From positions 1,800,001 to 1,864,000 of the forward strand of contig NC_045698.1 in NCBI RefSeq assembly GCF_009834535.1: 64,000 bases of DNA. The letters run 5' to 3'. The notes under the pieces were generated by a model. That model had not been told where the DNA came from. It searched no databases and saw only the letters and a program-made list of their open reading frames with translations. Shown piece by piece: positions 36,484 through 48,810 of this stretch. The translations under genes were made by a program, and so were the position numbers. The stretch is from Camelus ferus (lineage: Eukaryota). How positions within the stretch are numbered: position 1 is the stretch's first letter; every line of letters starts with the position of its first letter.

Positions 36484-37699
36484 CGTACACAGCTGTGTGC
36501 GTGTGTTGCACATCTGTGCGTACAGGCATGCACAGTACATATTGCACATATGTGTCGCTATGTGCGTGTGCAGCCATTCCTTACTTGTGTAACTGTCGAT
36601 GCATTTCCCCCACATATTCTTAACAATGTGTTCTGCCCGAAGCTAGATTTGCTAACTGTAGCTGCTCGGGTGAACGCACCTTCTGCAGTCAGCACTTCTG
36701 ATTCCTGGGCCATCGTCACACACGCGTTAGAGAAGTCTCGTCACAGCGCTCTTCCCGGAGCCGGGTCCTCCGGGTGACTGCGTTCATGTTATTTCCCTAA
36801 ACCTGCGTGGTCACCAGTGATTAAGACTCACTCCCCTTTCATGTTGCAACAGAGGAAAAGCAAGCGAGGCTTCTGAGTCTGAAGCAGCTGCCCTTTAAGC
36901 ACTGTGAGACAAACGCAGAGCACGTGGCCCCCGTAACAGCTCGTTCCAAGTTAATAGCAGAATAAATGCTATACTGCTCCCTGTAAATGACAGTGAACGG
37001 TTCTGCCCTAAATAAATTTTTGTCTTATCCGCCAGTCCTCCTAAAATTTAAATGGTCCCTAAAAACGTCCATTCTGCAGGTTGAAGAAGAGATGGGCTGG
37101 TGCTTTTTCTTACTCACCGTCACTACTGTGACACGGAGATTTCATTCTTAAAATTCATTCCTGTCTTGGGGTAGCTCCTCAGCGGCAGCTCATATGAGTG
37201 GTTCCAGGTGAGACGTCCCCTCCATTCCCGGCGGGGTGGGAAACAGCTCTTCCCTCCGCAGCAGAACACGGCTCTGGGCGGGCTCTGGGGAAAACTGATC
37301 ATTGATGTGGCTGTCTTTAATCACGAGAAACCGACCTCACTGGAGTACGTGGACACTTACTTCACTTGCTTGTTGAGTGACTGTTGAAGTGAAAGTGTAT
37401 TTACTTTAATACTAACCCCAGTCAAGTTGATGGGAGCTCAACTATCTTTTCAATGACTCATCCAGCAGAGGGTGAGCGGCAAATTCTCTTCATTTGAACA
37501 GCAAAAGACCGCCAGTGAGGAATTATTTTTGGAAAAACACAGGCCAAGGCTAAGGTCTGTTTTGCAAGTAAATCCAAGTCTACAGTTGAAAGGACTTCTT
37601 GATTTTCTAACAATGTCACCCTTCACTGCCCTGACAATGGGACTCCATGTTATTATTAGGAAGAAAACAATATTTTTTGTATCAAAACCGTGGGTGGTG

Positions 37700-38070
37700 G
37701 GGGGGTGAGAAATTCATTTAGCGTGTAACTCATTAGCAGATGCAGGCGGAGGGGCCGGGAGTCCTGAGCCGGGAGGGCAGCGGCAGGGACAGAGTAAATA
37801 ATTTTCTTCTCCCTAATCAATGCTATTGATTGTCATTAAAGCAGCGAGCTCAAAACAATGAAGTGGTTTCTAATTTCCAGGCTCCAGGTGGAGCCTGCTC
37901 AGCCTCTTCCTCTTCCCAGTTAAGAGCGTCATTAAATGTAAGAGCAAACAGCACACCGAGAGGCCGAGGGTTTTATTAATTCATCATCAGAATTATCTCT
38001 GTGCATTAATATTAATAGCCTCAAATTAGATTTCATTTAAGAGGTGAAATAAATATGCAGATAGTGAAAG
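37700..38070. promoter_or_regulatory. Candidate homeodomain-rich enhancer / conserved non-coding element
   Basis: AATCAAT-gct-ATTGATT palindrome 37815-37831, AACAATG 37854, ATTAATATTAAT palindrome 38005-38016, many TAAT/ATTA cores and TCATTAAA twice. Confidence 0.5.
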
Positions 38071-38678
38071 CTCACACAGCCCAGAGCCTCGGGGGTGGGC
38101 GTCCCTGGAGCGGTGTCTCGGGAGGGCTGTGGCCTGGACCAGAGCTGCCTGGAGGGAGAGCCGCGCTCAGACCTGGTCCCTGCAGAGCGGGCGGCTGGGG
38201 CTGAGCAGGGGCAGGGGGCGGGGGACGGCAAGGCGGGCTGGCGTGGCAGGAAGGAGGCCCTGCTCCACGTGTGCTGGCGGGCAGCTCTGCGTAGAGGGGT
38301 GCTCCTGGCAGAGCGGCTGGGGTGTCTGGAGGCCTCTGGCCTCAGGGAGAAGGAAGCCACAGCTGTGGAGAGCTCTGGGTGGCATTGCATCTTCCTCATA
38401 ACTTTGCACGCAGTTTGTCCTGTTGCTCAGTGTAAACAGAGCTCTGAAAAACCCTGCACCTCTTTGGGAAGACTTGGTCTCTTGGTCCCTGCTCAGGTGC
38501 TGTGGGGCTTTTTGATGATGCCCACCCCAAGGGTAGGCCGTTTTAGTGTGCTGCAGTTGAGAAAGAGAGACTGGGAGTTCATACCCTTACAAACTAGGTG
38601 GGCAGTCAATCAAATGGACCACCTGCTCCCTTCCGGCCCTAAGAACACCTGCTTCCATCTCCACATCTCTGCGTTCGC

Positions 38679-38734
38679 GCATCCCCACATCCCTGCATCC
38701 CCGCATCCCCGCATCCCCGCTCCTCTGCATCACC
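38679..38734. repeat. 8-bp tandem repeat (GCATCCCC), ~7 degenerate copies
   Basis: gcatcccc acatccct gcatcccc gcatcccc gcatcccc gctcctct gcatcacc. Confidence 0.85.
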
Positions 38735-40229
38735 GAATCTTCTCAGGACCAGGTGCTGCCTACGGTGGCCTGTTAACCAACTTGGGCCGCTCAGTACAGA
38801 TGTGTTTTCAACTTCCCTTTTGCTGTGGGACTCCAGACTACTGGGCTAAATCTCTGTCCTTTAACTATCTTATTAAAAAAAAAAAGGGCGAATTCTTATT
38901 TACCTACCTCAGAACACTGAGATACTAGCATTTAAAGGCTGATTTATTACATTACGATGTATTCTCCTGTTCGGACACTTTAGAACGGACACATAGCCCA
39001 ACATAATAGCTTCCGCTGCTAAAGCTGTATTTCAGATCAGCAGCTAGTCGTTTCTGAGACTGGAAACTTGAGCAGAAAGGAAAAGAACAGAATCCTGTAA
39101 CTGATTTAACCATACACAAAAATAGGTTTTTCTGGAGGCTAAACTCCATGAAAAGGTAAATATATTTTAATGTCTAATTTCTCTCCTAAATAATGAAAAG
39201 TAGTTTGTATTAGGAGAAGCAGTTTTTAAGGTAAACTGTGCCTGATCAAAGTTTCCATTATATATGCTTTTTGGACCTGAACCTTACTATTATTTTGTTC
39301 GAGAATTCCAGTCTCGAGTAGAGCTGTCTCTTCCAGTTTACAGGGTGTATTAGTTAATGATTGGTTAAAGGACCAAGGGGCTGTTATTATGACTTCTTGA
39401 AATGACGCTGAGTATTTCCTATAAATGTCACTGAAACTCAGTGGGCAAGCAAAGTGTCAAAGAACAGCCCGTGATCTCCATGGCTGCGGGGCAGCGCCCA
39501 GTCCAGGTCCGGGCCCTGGCAGGGTTTCGGGAGGACCAGAGGGACCTGGGGGCCCAGGTAACCACTGCGCCCGGAACGGGGACCCTGAGGGCACACAGAC
39601 CTGGACTCGCTGCCCCGGCCCCGGGTCAGCCTGGCGGGAGCGGTGGCGCTGGTCAGTTGAGGAAGGAGTGACAGGGTCAGTCTGAAGCTCTGTCCTCTTC
39701 GTAATTTAGGGCTGTGACTTAACCCTTGATTATTTTTTGTCACTGTCTTTCTTGATGTATTCTTGTCACAGAATCTCTCCTAGATGCAAAACATCTGTTC
39801 CTATTGGACTTTGAGTTCGTTTTAGGTGTCCAAGAAAGTAATCAATATATTGTAATAATGACAAAGTTACAAGTATACAGTTAGCTGCATGAAATGGAGA
39901 AAACTGTAAATACATCCTTTTGTCCCCTTTCAAGGTCCCAGAGGAAAGAAGGGAAAAACAAAGTAACAGTGCTGGGAAGAGAGAGAGAGAGAGAGAGAAA
40001 GCCACAGAGCTTCAAAGAACATTTGATGAAATGAATGTATAATCATTGATCTAACTTTTCTTTTTCATTTTACCCATTTTCTGGGATTTTCCTCGAACTT
40101 TCTATGCATCGCTGTATTAATTTTGGAACAGACATCTCTGGAGAACTCTCACTGTCTTCCCAAAATAAGCCCTCTGTTAGGTTAACATTCTTCCTGAAAA
40201 TCCTCTGTCTTTGTGTAACTGTATGCGCC

Positions 40230-40900
40230 TGCACGAGCTTATAGTGGCTTTTTGTAAAAATGAAAGCAGATGACACAGACTGTTCTTTGTTTTTCTAACA
40301 GTGTATCTTAGAAACATTTCGTGTCAGTACCTACAGAATCACATTGTACTCCTGCGTCGTGTTCCAGAGCTTACGTGGTCCATGCCTTTTCTGGGGCTGG
40401 AGGAGGCGGGAGGCATTCCTATGACGAACAGTTAGCTATCTTCTGTTTTTTTTCTACTAAATAATGTCACAGTGAGTCACTTTCCACATAGATTATTTTG
40501 CCCAAATGAACAGATATTTTCTCCACGTATTCCCAGCAGTGAATTTGCAGAACCACAAAGAATTACTTGCCAAAAAAGGTACCAATTTACACTCCTATTA
40601 AGCACCAAAAAGCTGGTCTTTTCCCCCTAATCTGATGGATCCAAATGGCTTGTCACTTCCACTTCCATTTCTCTAAAGTACCTGAACATTTGTGCACAAT
40701 TTTAATGCATAAAATTAACTCATTCTCTTGAGTATTTTTCTCAGGTTGTTTTTTCTTATTACTTTGTAGGTCCTTTTTGTGTATCAGAGATACTATACAG
40801 ATTGGAAATATATTTTCCTAGTTTGCTAAATGTTTTTAAACTTTATTCATGGTTTAGTTTGCTGCATAGTTTTTCACTTTAATACCTTCGACACGGCCAG
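40230..40900 (-). mobile_element. Very old LINE-1 (L1ME-like) fragment
   Basis: attcccagcagtgaatttgc, taccaatttacactcc and ttttttcttattactttgtagg...aaatatattttcctagtttg follow the antisense L1 ORF2 3' region. Confidence 0.55.
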
Positions 40901-41049
40901 TTTTGTGTGTGTATGGGAGGGCACTGAATTTTGTACACACACAAGAATCTATCTTCTTATGTAGACATATATACATATAAACGTATAAATACGCGTGTGC
41001 ACACATGGGTATATATACCCTGTCTCTTCACACATGCCCACGTGTCCTG

Positions 41050-41177
41050 TTGAACCGGAGGAGTGGGCTACGCCAGCCCGGACTCCTGACACAGAGGGGC
41101 TGAGAGACAGTAACTGGCGGTGGTTTAAGCCTCTCAGTTTGGGGTGATTTATTACCCAGAAATATAAAACTAATGCA
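41050..41177 (+). mobile_element. MLT1-type LTR 3' fragment
   Basis: ctgagagacagtaactgg...gtttaagcctctcagtttggggtgatttattacccagaaatataaaactaatgca resembles an MLT1 3' terminus. Confidence 0.65.
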
Positions 41178-41797
41178 CGCATAACTGACCACAGATTGGG
41201 GGGGTCGCAGCAACTTTACCCTCCTGAAGTTGCAGAGTTTAACCAGTTTCCCTTCACCACTGTCACTGCTCCTGGGGGTCTTTGGGCTTATTTTTCTTGG
41301 CTTAATTTACGTTGGTGGGTCTCTTAAAACTTTAACATTTAAAGTTAATTTAGGTAGACACATTTTAAGTAGTCTTAAACATGCTTTTTCTATGAATATC
41401 TAAATTCAATAAATTTCCTCTTCCTGCATGAGACAAAACTTCATAGCCTCGTGCTCCCCCACACCAGGGTTCATGGCAAAACCATCTTGAACACTGTGTT
41501 TCTGTTAGTTATTGCTGTTGTCACTCAGAGTCATTATAGTCAAAGGTCAGTTTTACGGAATTCTGGGCCCATCGACATCTCTTACACCGCAGATTGCTTC
41601 CTGAGGACTTATTTATTTACTTATTTTGTTTTGCCTGAGTACATTTTCGAGTAATATTTTTTCAATGGCAGTCTCCCTCAGTTTGCTGTTCCACATGTTT
41701 GACAAAGTCTTCAAATATTAAGACGTCATTTTGCCTTCAAACTTAGAGGTTTGCCTTGTTTGGTAAATAGTTTTAGGTTTAAGATATTCTCCTTCTG

Positions 41798-43532
41798 GAA
41801 ATTAAAGAAGACTTTAAAAAATGGAAAGATATTCCATGCTCTTGGATTGGAAGAATCAGTATCGTTAAAATGGTCACACTGCCCAAGGCAATCTACAGAT
41901 TTAATGCAATCCTATCAAATTACCCAGGACATATTTCACAGAACTAGAACAAATCATAATAAAATTCATATGGAACCATCAAAGACCTAGAATTGCCAAA
42001 GCATTACTGAAGAGAAAGAAAGAGGCTGGAGGAAAAACTCTCCCAGACTTCAGACAATTCTATAGAGCTACAGTCATCAAGACAGCATGGTATTGGTACC
42101 AAAACAGACATATAGACCAATGGAACAGAATAGAGAGCCCAGAAATGAACCCACAAACTTTTGGTCAACTCATCTTCGACAAAGGAGGCAAGAATATACA
42201 ATGGAATAAAGACAGTCTCTTCAGCAAATGGTGTTGGGAAAACTGGACAGCAGCATGTAAAACAATGAAGCTAGAACACTCCCTTACACCATATACAAAA
42301 ATCAACTCAAAGTGGATCAAAGACTTAAACATAAGACAAGATACAATAAACCTCCTAGAGGAAAACATAGGCAAAACATTATCTGACATACATTTCAAAA
42401 ATTTTCTCCGAGAAGAAATAAAAGCAAGAATAAACAAATGGGACCTAATGAAACTTACAAGCTTCTGCACAGCAAAGGAAACCAGAAGTAAAACAAGAAG
42501 AAAACCTACGGAATGGGAGAAAATTTTTGCAAGTGAAACCGACAGAGGCTTGATCTCCAGAATATATAAGCAGCTCATACGACTCAATAAGAAGAAAATA
42601 AACAACCCAATCCAAAAATGGGCAGAAGACCTAAACAAGCAATTCTCCAAGGAAGACACACAAATGATCAAAAGGCACATGAAAAAATGCTCAATATCAC
42701 TAATTATCAGAGAAATGCAAATCAAAACTACAATGAGGTATCACCTCACACCAGTCAGAATGGCTGTCATTCAAAAATCCACAAATGACAAATGCTGGAG
42801 AGGCTGTGGAGAAAGGGGAACCCTCCTACACTGCGGGTGGGAATGCAGTTTGGTGCAGCCACTATGGAAAAGTGTGGAGATTCCTCAAAAGACTAGGAAT
42901 AGACTTACTGTATGACCCAGGAATCCCACTCCTGGGCTTGTATCCAGAAGGAAATCTACTTCAGGATGACACCTGCACCCCAATGTTCATAGCAGCACTA
43001 TTTACAGTAGCCAAGACATGGAAACAGCCTAAATGTCCATCAACAGGTGACTGTATAAAGAAGATGTGGTATATTTATACAATGGAATACTACTCAGCCA
43101 TAAAAACCGACAACATAATGCCATTTGCAGCAACATGGATTCTCCTGGAGAATGTCATTTGAAGTAAGCCAGAAAGAGAAAGAAAAATACCATATGAGAT
43201 CGCTCATATGTGGAATCTAAAAAACAAACAAACAAAAACAAAGCATAAATAAAGGACAGAAATAGACTCACAGACAGAGAATACAGACTTGTGGTTGCCA
43301 GGGGGGTGGAGGGTGGGAAGGGATAGACTGGGATTTCAAAACTGTAGAATAGACTACACTGTATAGCACAGGGAAATATACACAAATTGTTATGATAACT
43401 CACAGAGAAAAAAATGTGAGAATGAGTGTGTATATGTCCATGAATGACTGAAAAATTGTGCTGAACACTGGAATTTGACACAACATTGTAAAATGATTAT
43501 AAATCAATAAAAAATGTTAAAAAAAAAAAAAA
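41798..43532 (+). mobile_element. Relatively young 5'-truncated LINE-1 with poly(A) tail and TSD
   Basis: ORF2 C-terminal coding sequence, 3' UTR with G-rich tract, AATAAA at 43506-43511 and an A tail at ~43519-43534. TSD aagatattctccttctg (41781-41797) / aagacattctccttctg (43533-43549). Insertion site ttt|aaga. Confidence 0.95.
42145..43162 (+). pseudogene. LINE-1 ORF2p C-terminal remnant (frameshifted)
   Basis: ORF 42145-42915 gives [61 protein letters not shown]. It continues in another frame (ORF 42785-43162: [41 protein letters not shown]). Confidence 0.9.
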
Positions 43533-45332
43533 AAGACATTCTCCTTCTGAACCTTGAAGCCGTGGTGATGCCTCCTGGTGTGCCATGAAGTCCGAAGCCA
43601 GGCTGGTTCCTTCTTGTTCATTTCGAGGGAGTTTAGGTCTTTGGGGGATGATTTTACTGTTTTCTTTTCGTGCTGGCAGTTTCAAAGCTTCATCAAGTTG
43701 TATCGTGGGATAAGTGACTCTTTTAGTATTTATCATACTTAGCCTTGTGTGTTTGTGTTTGTGGTAGTTAGGGCAGGGATTTTAAACTGAATTAGCTGAG
43801 AAATTTCTGCGAAGTTTCGCCTCCTCCTCTTCTCTCCTTCCTGCTGACATTTAAGGTGAACTCCTCTGCCCTGCCCCTCCTGGCGCTGTCCTAGCAGGTG
43901 TCACCGCTTCCGGTCTGTGCTCCAGGGCTCTCAAACATTCTGGCCTCTGCTCCATCAGAATCAGTCACACAGCCTTTCAGCTCCTTAAATTTGATCTTCA
44001 ACCGTTATCTACTCTTCTGCTCAGCCTGTTTATTCAGTTTAACTTATTGAAACCTCATTAATTTTTTAGAAGTTTATCTTCTTTATTTATGTGATTGGCT
44101 TCTGAATCCTAGGGTGTCCATTTTAAGACTTTAAAGTCTATTTTTATTTGCTTTATTCTATTTTTTCTGGTGTCGGTTTTTCTGTTATGGAGATTTAGAT
44201 TTCCCTTTCATTCATCCATTTTTCTAAGTGCTTGTAAATGTGGAGCTGTTTGCTTCTATTTGCATTTGAGATAGTTTTCCCCACAGAACAACTGATTTCC
44301 CGGGGAGACAGACAGAGGCTCCTCGCCCAGACCTCTCTTTCAGGTCCTTGTTGTTGGTTTCCACTCTCAGTCAGCGCACCTCTGGCATCACTGTCGTCCA
44401 TGTAGGTAGGAATTCTGTCTTGTATTTGGGCTGTGATTTCCCACTTTTGTTTTTTCCGAGTTGATTGGTGTTTGGGGAATTGCTCTGCGTATTCAGGTGG
44501 GGAGGGCATTCTGCTGCGCGCCTTGTACGATTCTTTTGTCTGAGAACTTCCTCCAGGATTTCTTCTGTGTAATACATCCTACTTGTTGTTTTTATGAAAT
44601 TTAAAGTGAAGAAGAAACAGGTATTTAGTGTTCCATCTGAGTCTCCATAAAAACAATCTCATTGATACAATGTTACGTGTTATTGGAAAAAGTGTCATCA
44701 TTAACATAACAATAGCTACTCCTTTTATTCAAAGCTTCTCTGATGATTTGAACTAAAAATTTATTTGGCTATATTCTGCCTATGACTCTTCCCAGGAGAC
44801 CTTTCTTGTTTGGTCAACAAGACTGGTTACAACAAAATTCCACTTTCTTGTTATCAAGAATTTGAATATTATTCATAGTTTCACTTAAGTTTATACATTA
44901 TATTAATTTTATTCACTTAATTTTATACATTATCTTGTATTTAGTACTCACACTTATTGCCTCGTCCCCAAATCCAGTCACTGTGGGACACAGGCTCCCC
45001 GGGATGTAAATGAGCCAGGCCACCTGGCAGTCCTTCAGGGCGGCACCTGAGCGGGGCAAACAGCAGCCCCAGCTGGGCCAGGGACAAGTGAGAAGTCCCA
45101 CCTTGCTGGCCGGGTTTCTCTCCCTTCAGTTTCCTCCAAACCAGCCACAAGCAGTGCCATGGGGTCAGGCCACAATGAGTGAGTGGACACCTGCCCATGT
45201 GTCCCCTCTACCCTCAGGGAAGCACCGGGAAAGGGGGGCTCCACCTGTGAAGGAGGCCAGAGCCCCAGCCTCTCTGACATCAAATCGTGAGCCTGGTTGG
45301 GCCCACTCACACCACAAGGAGCTCCTTGCCGG

Positions 45333-46172
45333 ACAGAATACTCCTTGACGTAAATCTTAGCAATGTTTTGTGATTTTTGTCTCCTAAGGCAAAAGAAACA
45401 CAAGCAAAAAATTAACAAATAGGACCTAATCCAACTTAAAAGCTTTTGCGCAGCAAAGGAAACCACTGACAAAACAAAACCACAACCTCCTGAATAGAAG
45501 AAAATATTTGCAAATAATATGAACAATATTGGGTAAATATGCAAAATATATAAACAGTTCTTACAACTCAACTTCAAAAAAAAATTACAAAATGGGCAGA
45601 AGATATGTATAGACATTTTTCCAAAAAGGACACAGAGACGGCCAACAGGCAAACAAAAGATGGTCAACATTGCTCATCATCAGAGAAATGAAAATCAAAA
45701 CCACAGTGAGGTGTCACCTCACACCTGGCAGAGTGCTTATCATCAAAAAGAACACAAATAACAAACGTTGGCGTTGACGTGGGGAGAAGGGAGACCTCGC
45801 ATACTGCTGGCGGGAATGTAACCTGGTGCAGGTTAAAAAATTAAAAATAGAGCTGACGTATGGTCCAGCAATTCCACTCCTGGGCATGTATCCAAAGAAA
45901 ATGAAAACATTAATTTGAAAAGATGCATGCACCCCAATGTTCATAGAAACACTATTTACAGTAGCCAAGATACGAAAGCAACCCAAGTGTCCATCAACAG
46001 ATGCCTGGATACAGAAGATGTGGTGTGTATGTTCAGGGGAATACTACTCAGCCATGAAAAATGAAGTTTTGCCATTTGCAGCAACATGGATGGACTTGAG
46101 GGTATCACGATGGCGAAATAATTCAGACAAAGACAAAACCTGCATGATGTGACTTAACCTGTGGACTCTGAA
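45333..46172 (+). mobile_element. LINE-1 ORF2 3' fragment (intermediate age)
   Basis: aaaaattaacaaataggacctaatccaacttaaaagcttttgcgcagcaaaggaaacc.... ORF 45937-46152 [37 protein letters not shown] is the ORF2 C-terminus. Confidence 0.9.
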
Positions 46173-48689
46173 ATCGTTCATACTTTAAATTGTTATATGT
46201 TAACAACTAGCAGTTTTTTAGTAAAGATACAATTATGTCTTCTTAGATTCTTGCTACATATAATTCATCAATAATCTTTCAAGTGCTTCTGTCCATTGGA
46301 TGTTCCCATAATCTAGGGATCTGACTGCTCTTCAAGGGAGGCCCAGACGGTCTGATTTCTGTTAGGAGAGGCTGATGTCTATCCTGGTGGGTGGGTTCTG
46401 TTGACCTGAAAGCTCTGTGATCCCAAGACCCAGATGATTGTAAAGTGTGGCTGTGTTTGGCTCCGCGTCCCTCTGTTGTTGGGTGCCCTGTGGTTCATCC
46501 ACTCACTTCTCTAAGCATCTGTTTCCGTGTCTGTAAGTCCAAGATGATAAACCACCCATCCAAGGAAATGCTGTGTCACCGTGTCTGGACCAGAGGCGCT
46601 GTGCGGCTGCTAGGAGTCCACGGCAGACCCAGAGCTGACTTCAGGCGTGTTCTCCAGATGCTCAACGCTGTGAGACACCATCCTCCTGGTCCCCAGTGTG
46701 CGTGAGCCTCTGGGCCGGGGGCAGGTCTCAGGCTCCCCCGGTTCGGGGCAGGAGGTCCTGTTTGCATGACAGCGAGTGGACCAGGGCAATGGTGGCGGTG
46801 CTGGCAGTGGCTCCTGTTTGCACAGCTGCAGCCACATGCTGGGGATGTCCCTGCCAATCAGCCCTCATCTTGGAGAGCCTTCACCTCCACAAAGAGACCA
46901 CAAGGTCACCTTTACTCCCACATGAGGTTCCAAAAGGTTTAAGTCTGACTCTGGAGCGAAATGCAGCCCTGCGGTGGCGTCCGTCCTCCCGAGCGGAATT
47001 CTGAGCTGCAGGACCTCGGAGAGCTCCAGCCAGCGCATCAGGTCCGACCTCAGTGCCCAGGGCTGCCCGGCTGCCCGGGCTGCAGGTGCGCAAATTTAAG
47101 GAGACGTGGCCACAGGCTATGGGTGTCCTTTTATAAACCAATAATAACAACCAGGTCTAGTCAATCCTTGTCAAGCTTTTTAAAAAAGGAAAACAATATT
47201 TGCTACCACCTAATTTAAAATACCAACACTATTTCAAATGTGGTAGAAAGAACACACATGACTTGGGAAAACTTAAAGAAGTCAAGTGACTCCCATTTAG
47301 ATTCTCTGATTTGTTTACTGAAACCCCACAGAGCATAGTATTTCAGATCATAATGCCTTTCGAATCCTCTTTCTAGCAAGACTGGACTCAGCGAATATGT
47401 GAGCCACATACCTTGGTCCTGGAGTGTTTTCCCTGAAAGAAAAAATAGTGAACCAACGTACCCATCAGACACTCGGGCATTTCCAGAACATCGGCTGTGC
47501 CTTCATTGGGGAGCCGGAGGTGGGGTCTGCACGCCTGAACCTCCCATGTGTGCCGCTCATTCTGTTGAGTAAGAGATCATCTTAAAATACTAGATTTCCA
47601 CGTGAGAGGGCAAAGCTTGCCTCCAGATGCTCCAGCTGACAGATCTAAATTGAAACTTGAGAGAAAAAAAAAATCTTTCCAAGTATCTACTTAAAACAGG
47701 GGAGGAGAGATTCTGGTCCAAGTATGCAGCTTCAGAAATGCACTATTTTTAGACAGTCGATTTTCTTATCTCTAAGCTTCCCAGAGATTTGCTCAGTTGA
47801 AGCCTGAGCTGAAGATTGAAAAAAGGAAGGAAAAAAAAAGCTCCCTCTGACCAGCACTTACCCTCCTCTGCAACTGAGCTGGTCATTTCCCTGGGGTGGG
47901 GCTGCAGGCTCTGCCTCAGAGACGCCGTCACAGACCTCGGCCAGGCACCCCGGGAGGCTGGGGCCACACTGCCGTTTGAGGTTATCTACTTTCCTAGTCA
48001 GGTTAATGAAAGCTCTCCAGTCTCTGCGCATTCAAGCCAAATAATGCAGTTAAAGGCATTGAGGTTTTCACCTGCATTTCCAGTAACAAATGTTTCCCCC
48101 CAAATTACAAAATGGTTTCCCTTTTTCATCCCTAGGTTGGTGATTCTCTGCTCCCCACTTTCTGGGAAATTCCCTTCGGGTTGGAAGTGAATCAAACATT
48201 CAGTGTCTGTGGACGTAGCGGTGGCCCCGCTGAACGGGGGCTGCAGGACAAAGTGGACAGAGCATGCGGCGGGCGGCCAGTTAGCAGATGGGAGTCGAGG
48301 TCCGATCCGGAGGGTGCCTCCTGCAGTGACCCTGGCTTTGCTGTCTCCATGGGTCATTTCCTAAAAACAAATAAACAAAGCACACAAGAAGAACACGAGT
48401 CATGGTCTGTCATCCACCATCAGGACGAGTGAGATAAGGCTCTGTGAAGACCTCTTTGGTGCAGATGGTCGTCCAGATCGAAGCCCCCAGTGTGGACGCC
48501 CAGGGGTCCCCCACAGCCCATCGCTTCACTGAAAGCAGGATCTATAACCATTCAGAAACAAGGCTGAGGCATTTCTCTGGACACCACATTTAAAAACCAG
48601 TTCACATGCGGTTCACAGAAGAGGTAAATGTGTCATCTGAACCGCAGCCTAAGAGAGGAGGCAATGGGGAAGCGAACAGTCCTGAGTTA

Positions 48690-48810
48690 CTGTAATGTCT
48701 TAAAGGGGCGGCAATAAATTGCCAGGGATGCTTTTATGGAGTTTCTTAACCTCTGGCCTTTGGAGGGGAAATCAATAAGATATTAAGGAAATCATGAATT
48801 AATGTTTCAT
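48690..48810. promoter_or_regulatory. Small candidate posterior-HOX/ONECUT motif cluster
   Basis: GGCAAT-aa-ATTGCC palindrome 48710-48723 (contains CAATAAA), TTTTATGG 48732-48739, AAATCAATA 48769-48777. Confidence 0.3.

Larger units (their letters stand above)
41640..44300 (-). mobile_element. Ancient L1/HAL1-like ORF1-region fragment, split by the young L1 at 41798-43532
   Basis: T-rich decayed sequence (attttgccttca...; gaagtccgaagccaggctggttc...) is continuous across the TSD. Confidence 0.4.

Noticed and set aside
38095..38928. Longest ORF in the window (277 aa)
   Set aside because: GTG start, no recognisable domain, runs through GC-rich sequence and an 8-bp tandem repeat; consistent with a chance ORF.
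42165..42725. Hydrophobic 186-aa minus-strand ORF (also 45035-45670 and 28141-28779)
   Set aside because: Antisense reading of LINE-1 ORF2, a well-known artefact.
44940..45330. Possible LTR or promoter-like segment before the L1 fragment
   Set aside because: I could not match it to any family or find termini or a TSD.
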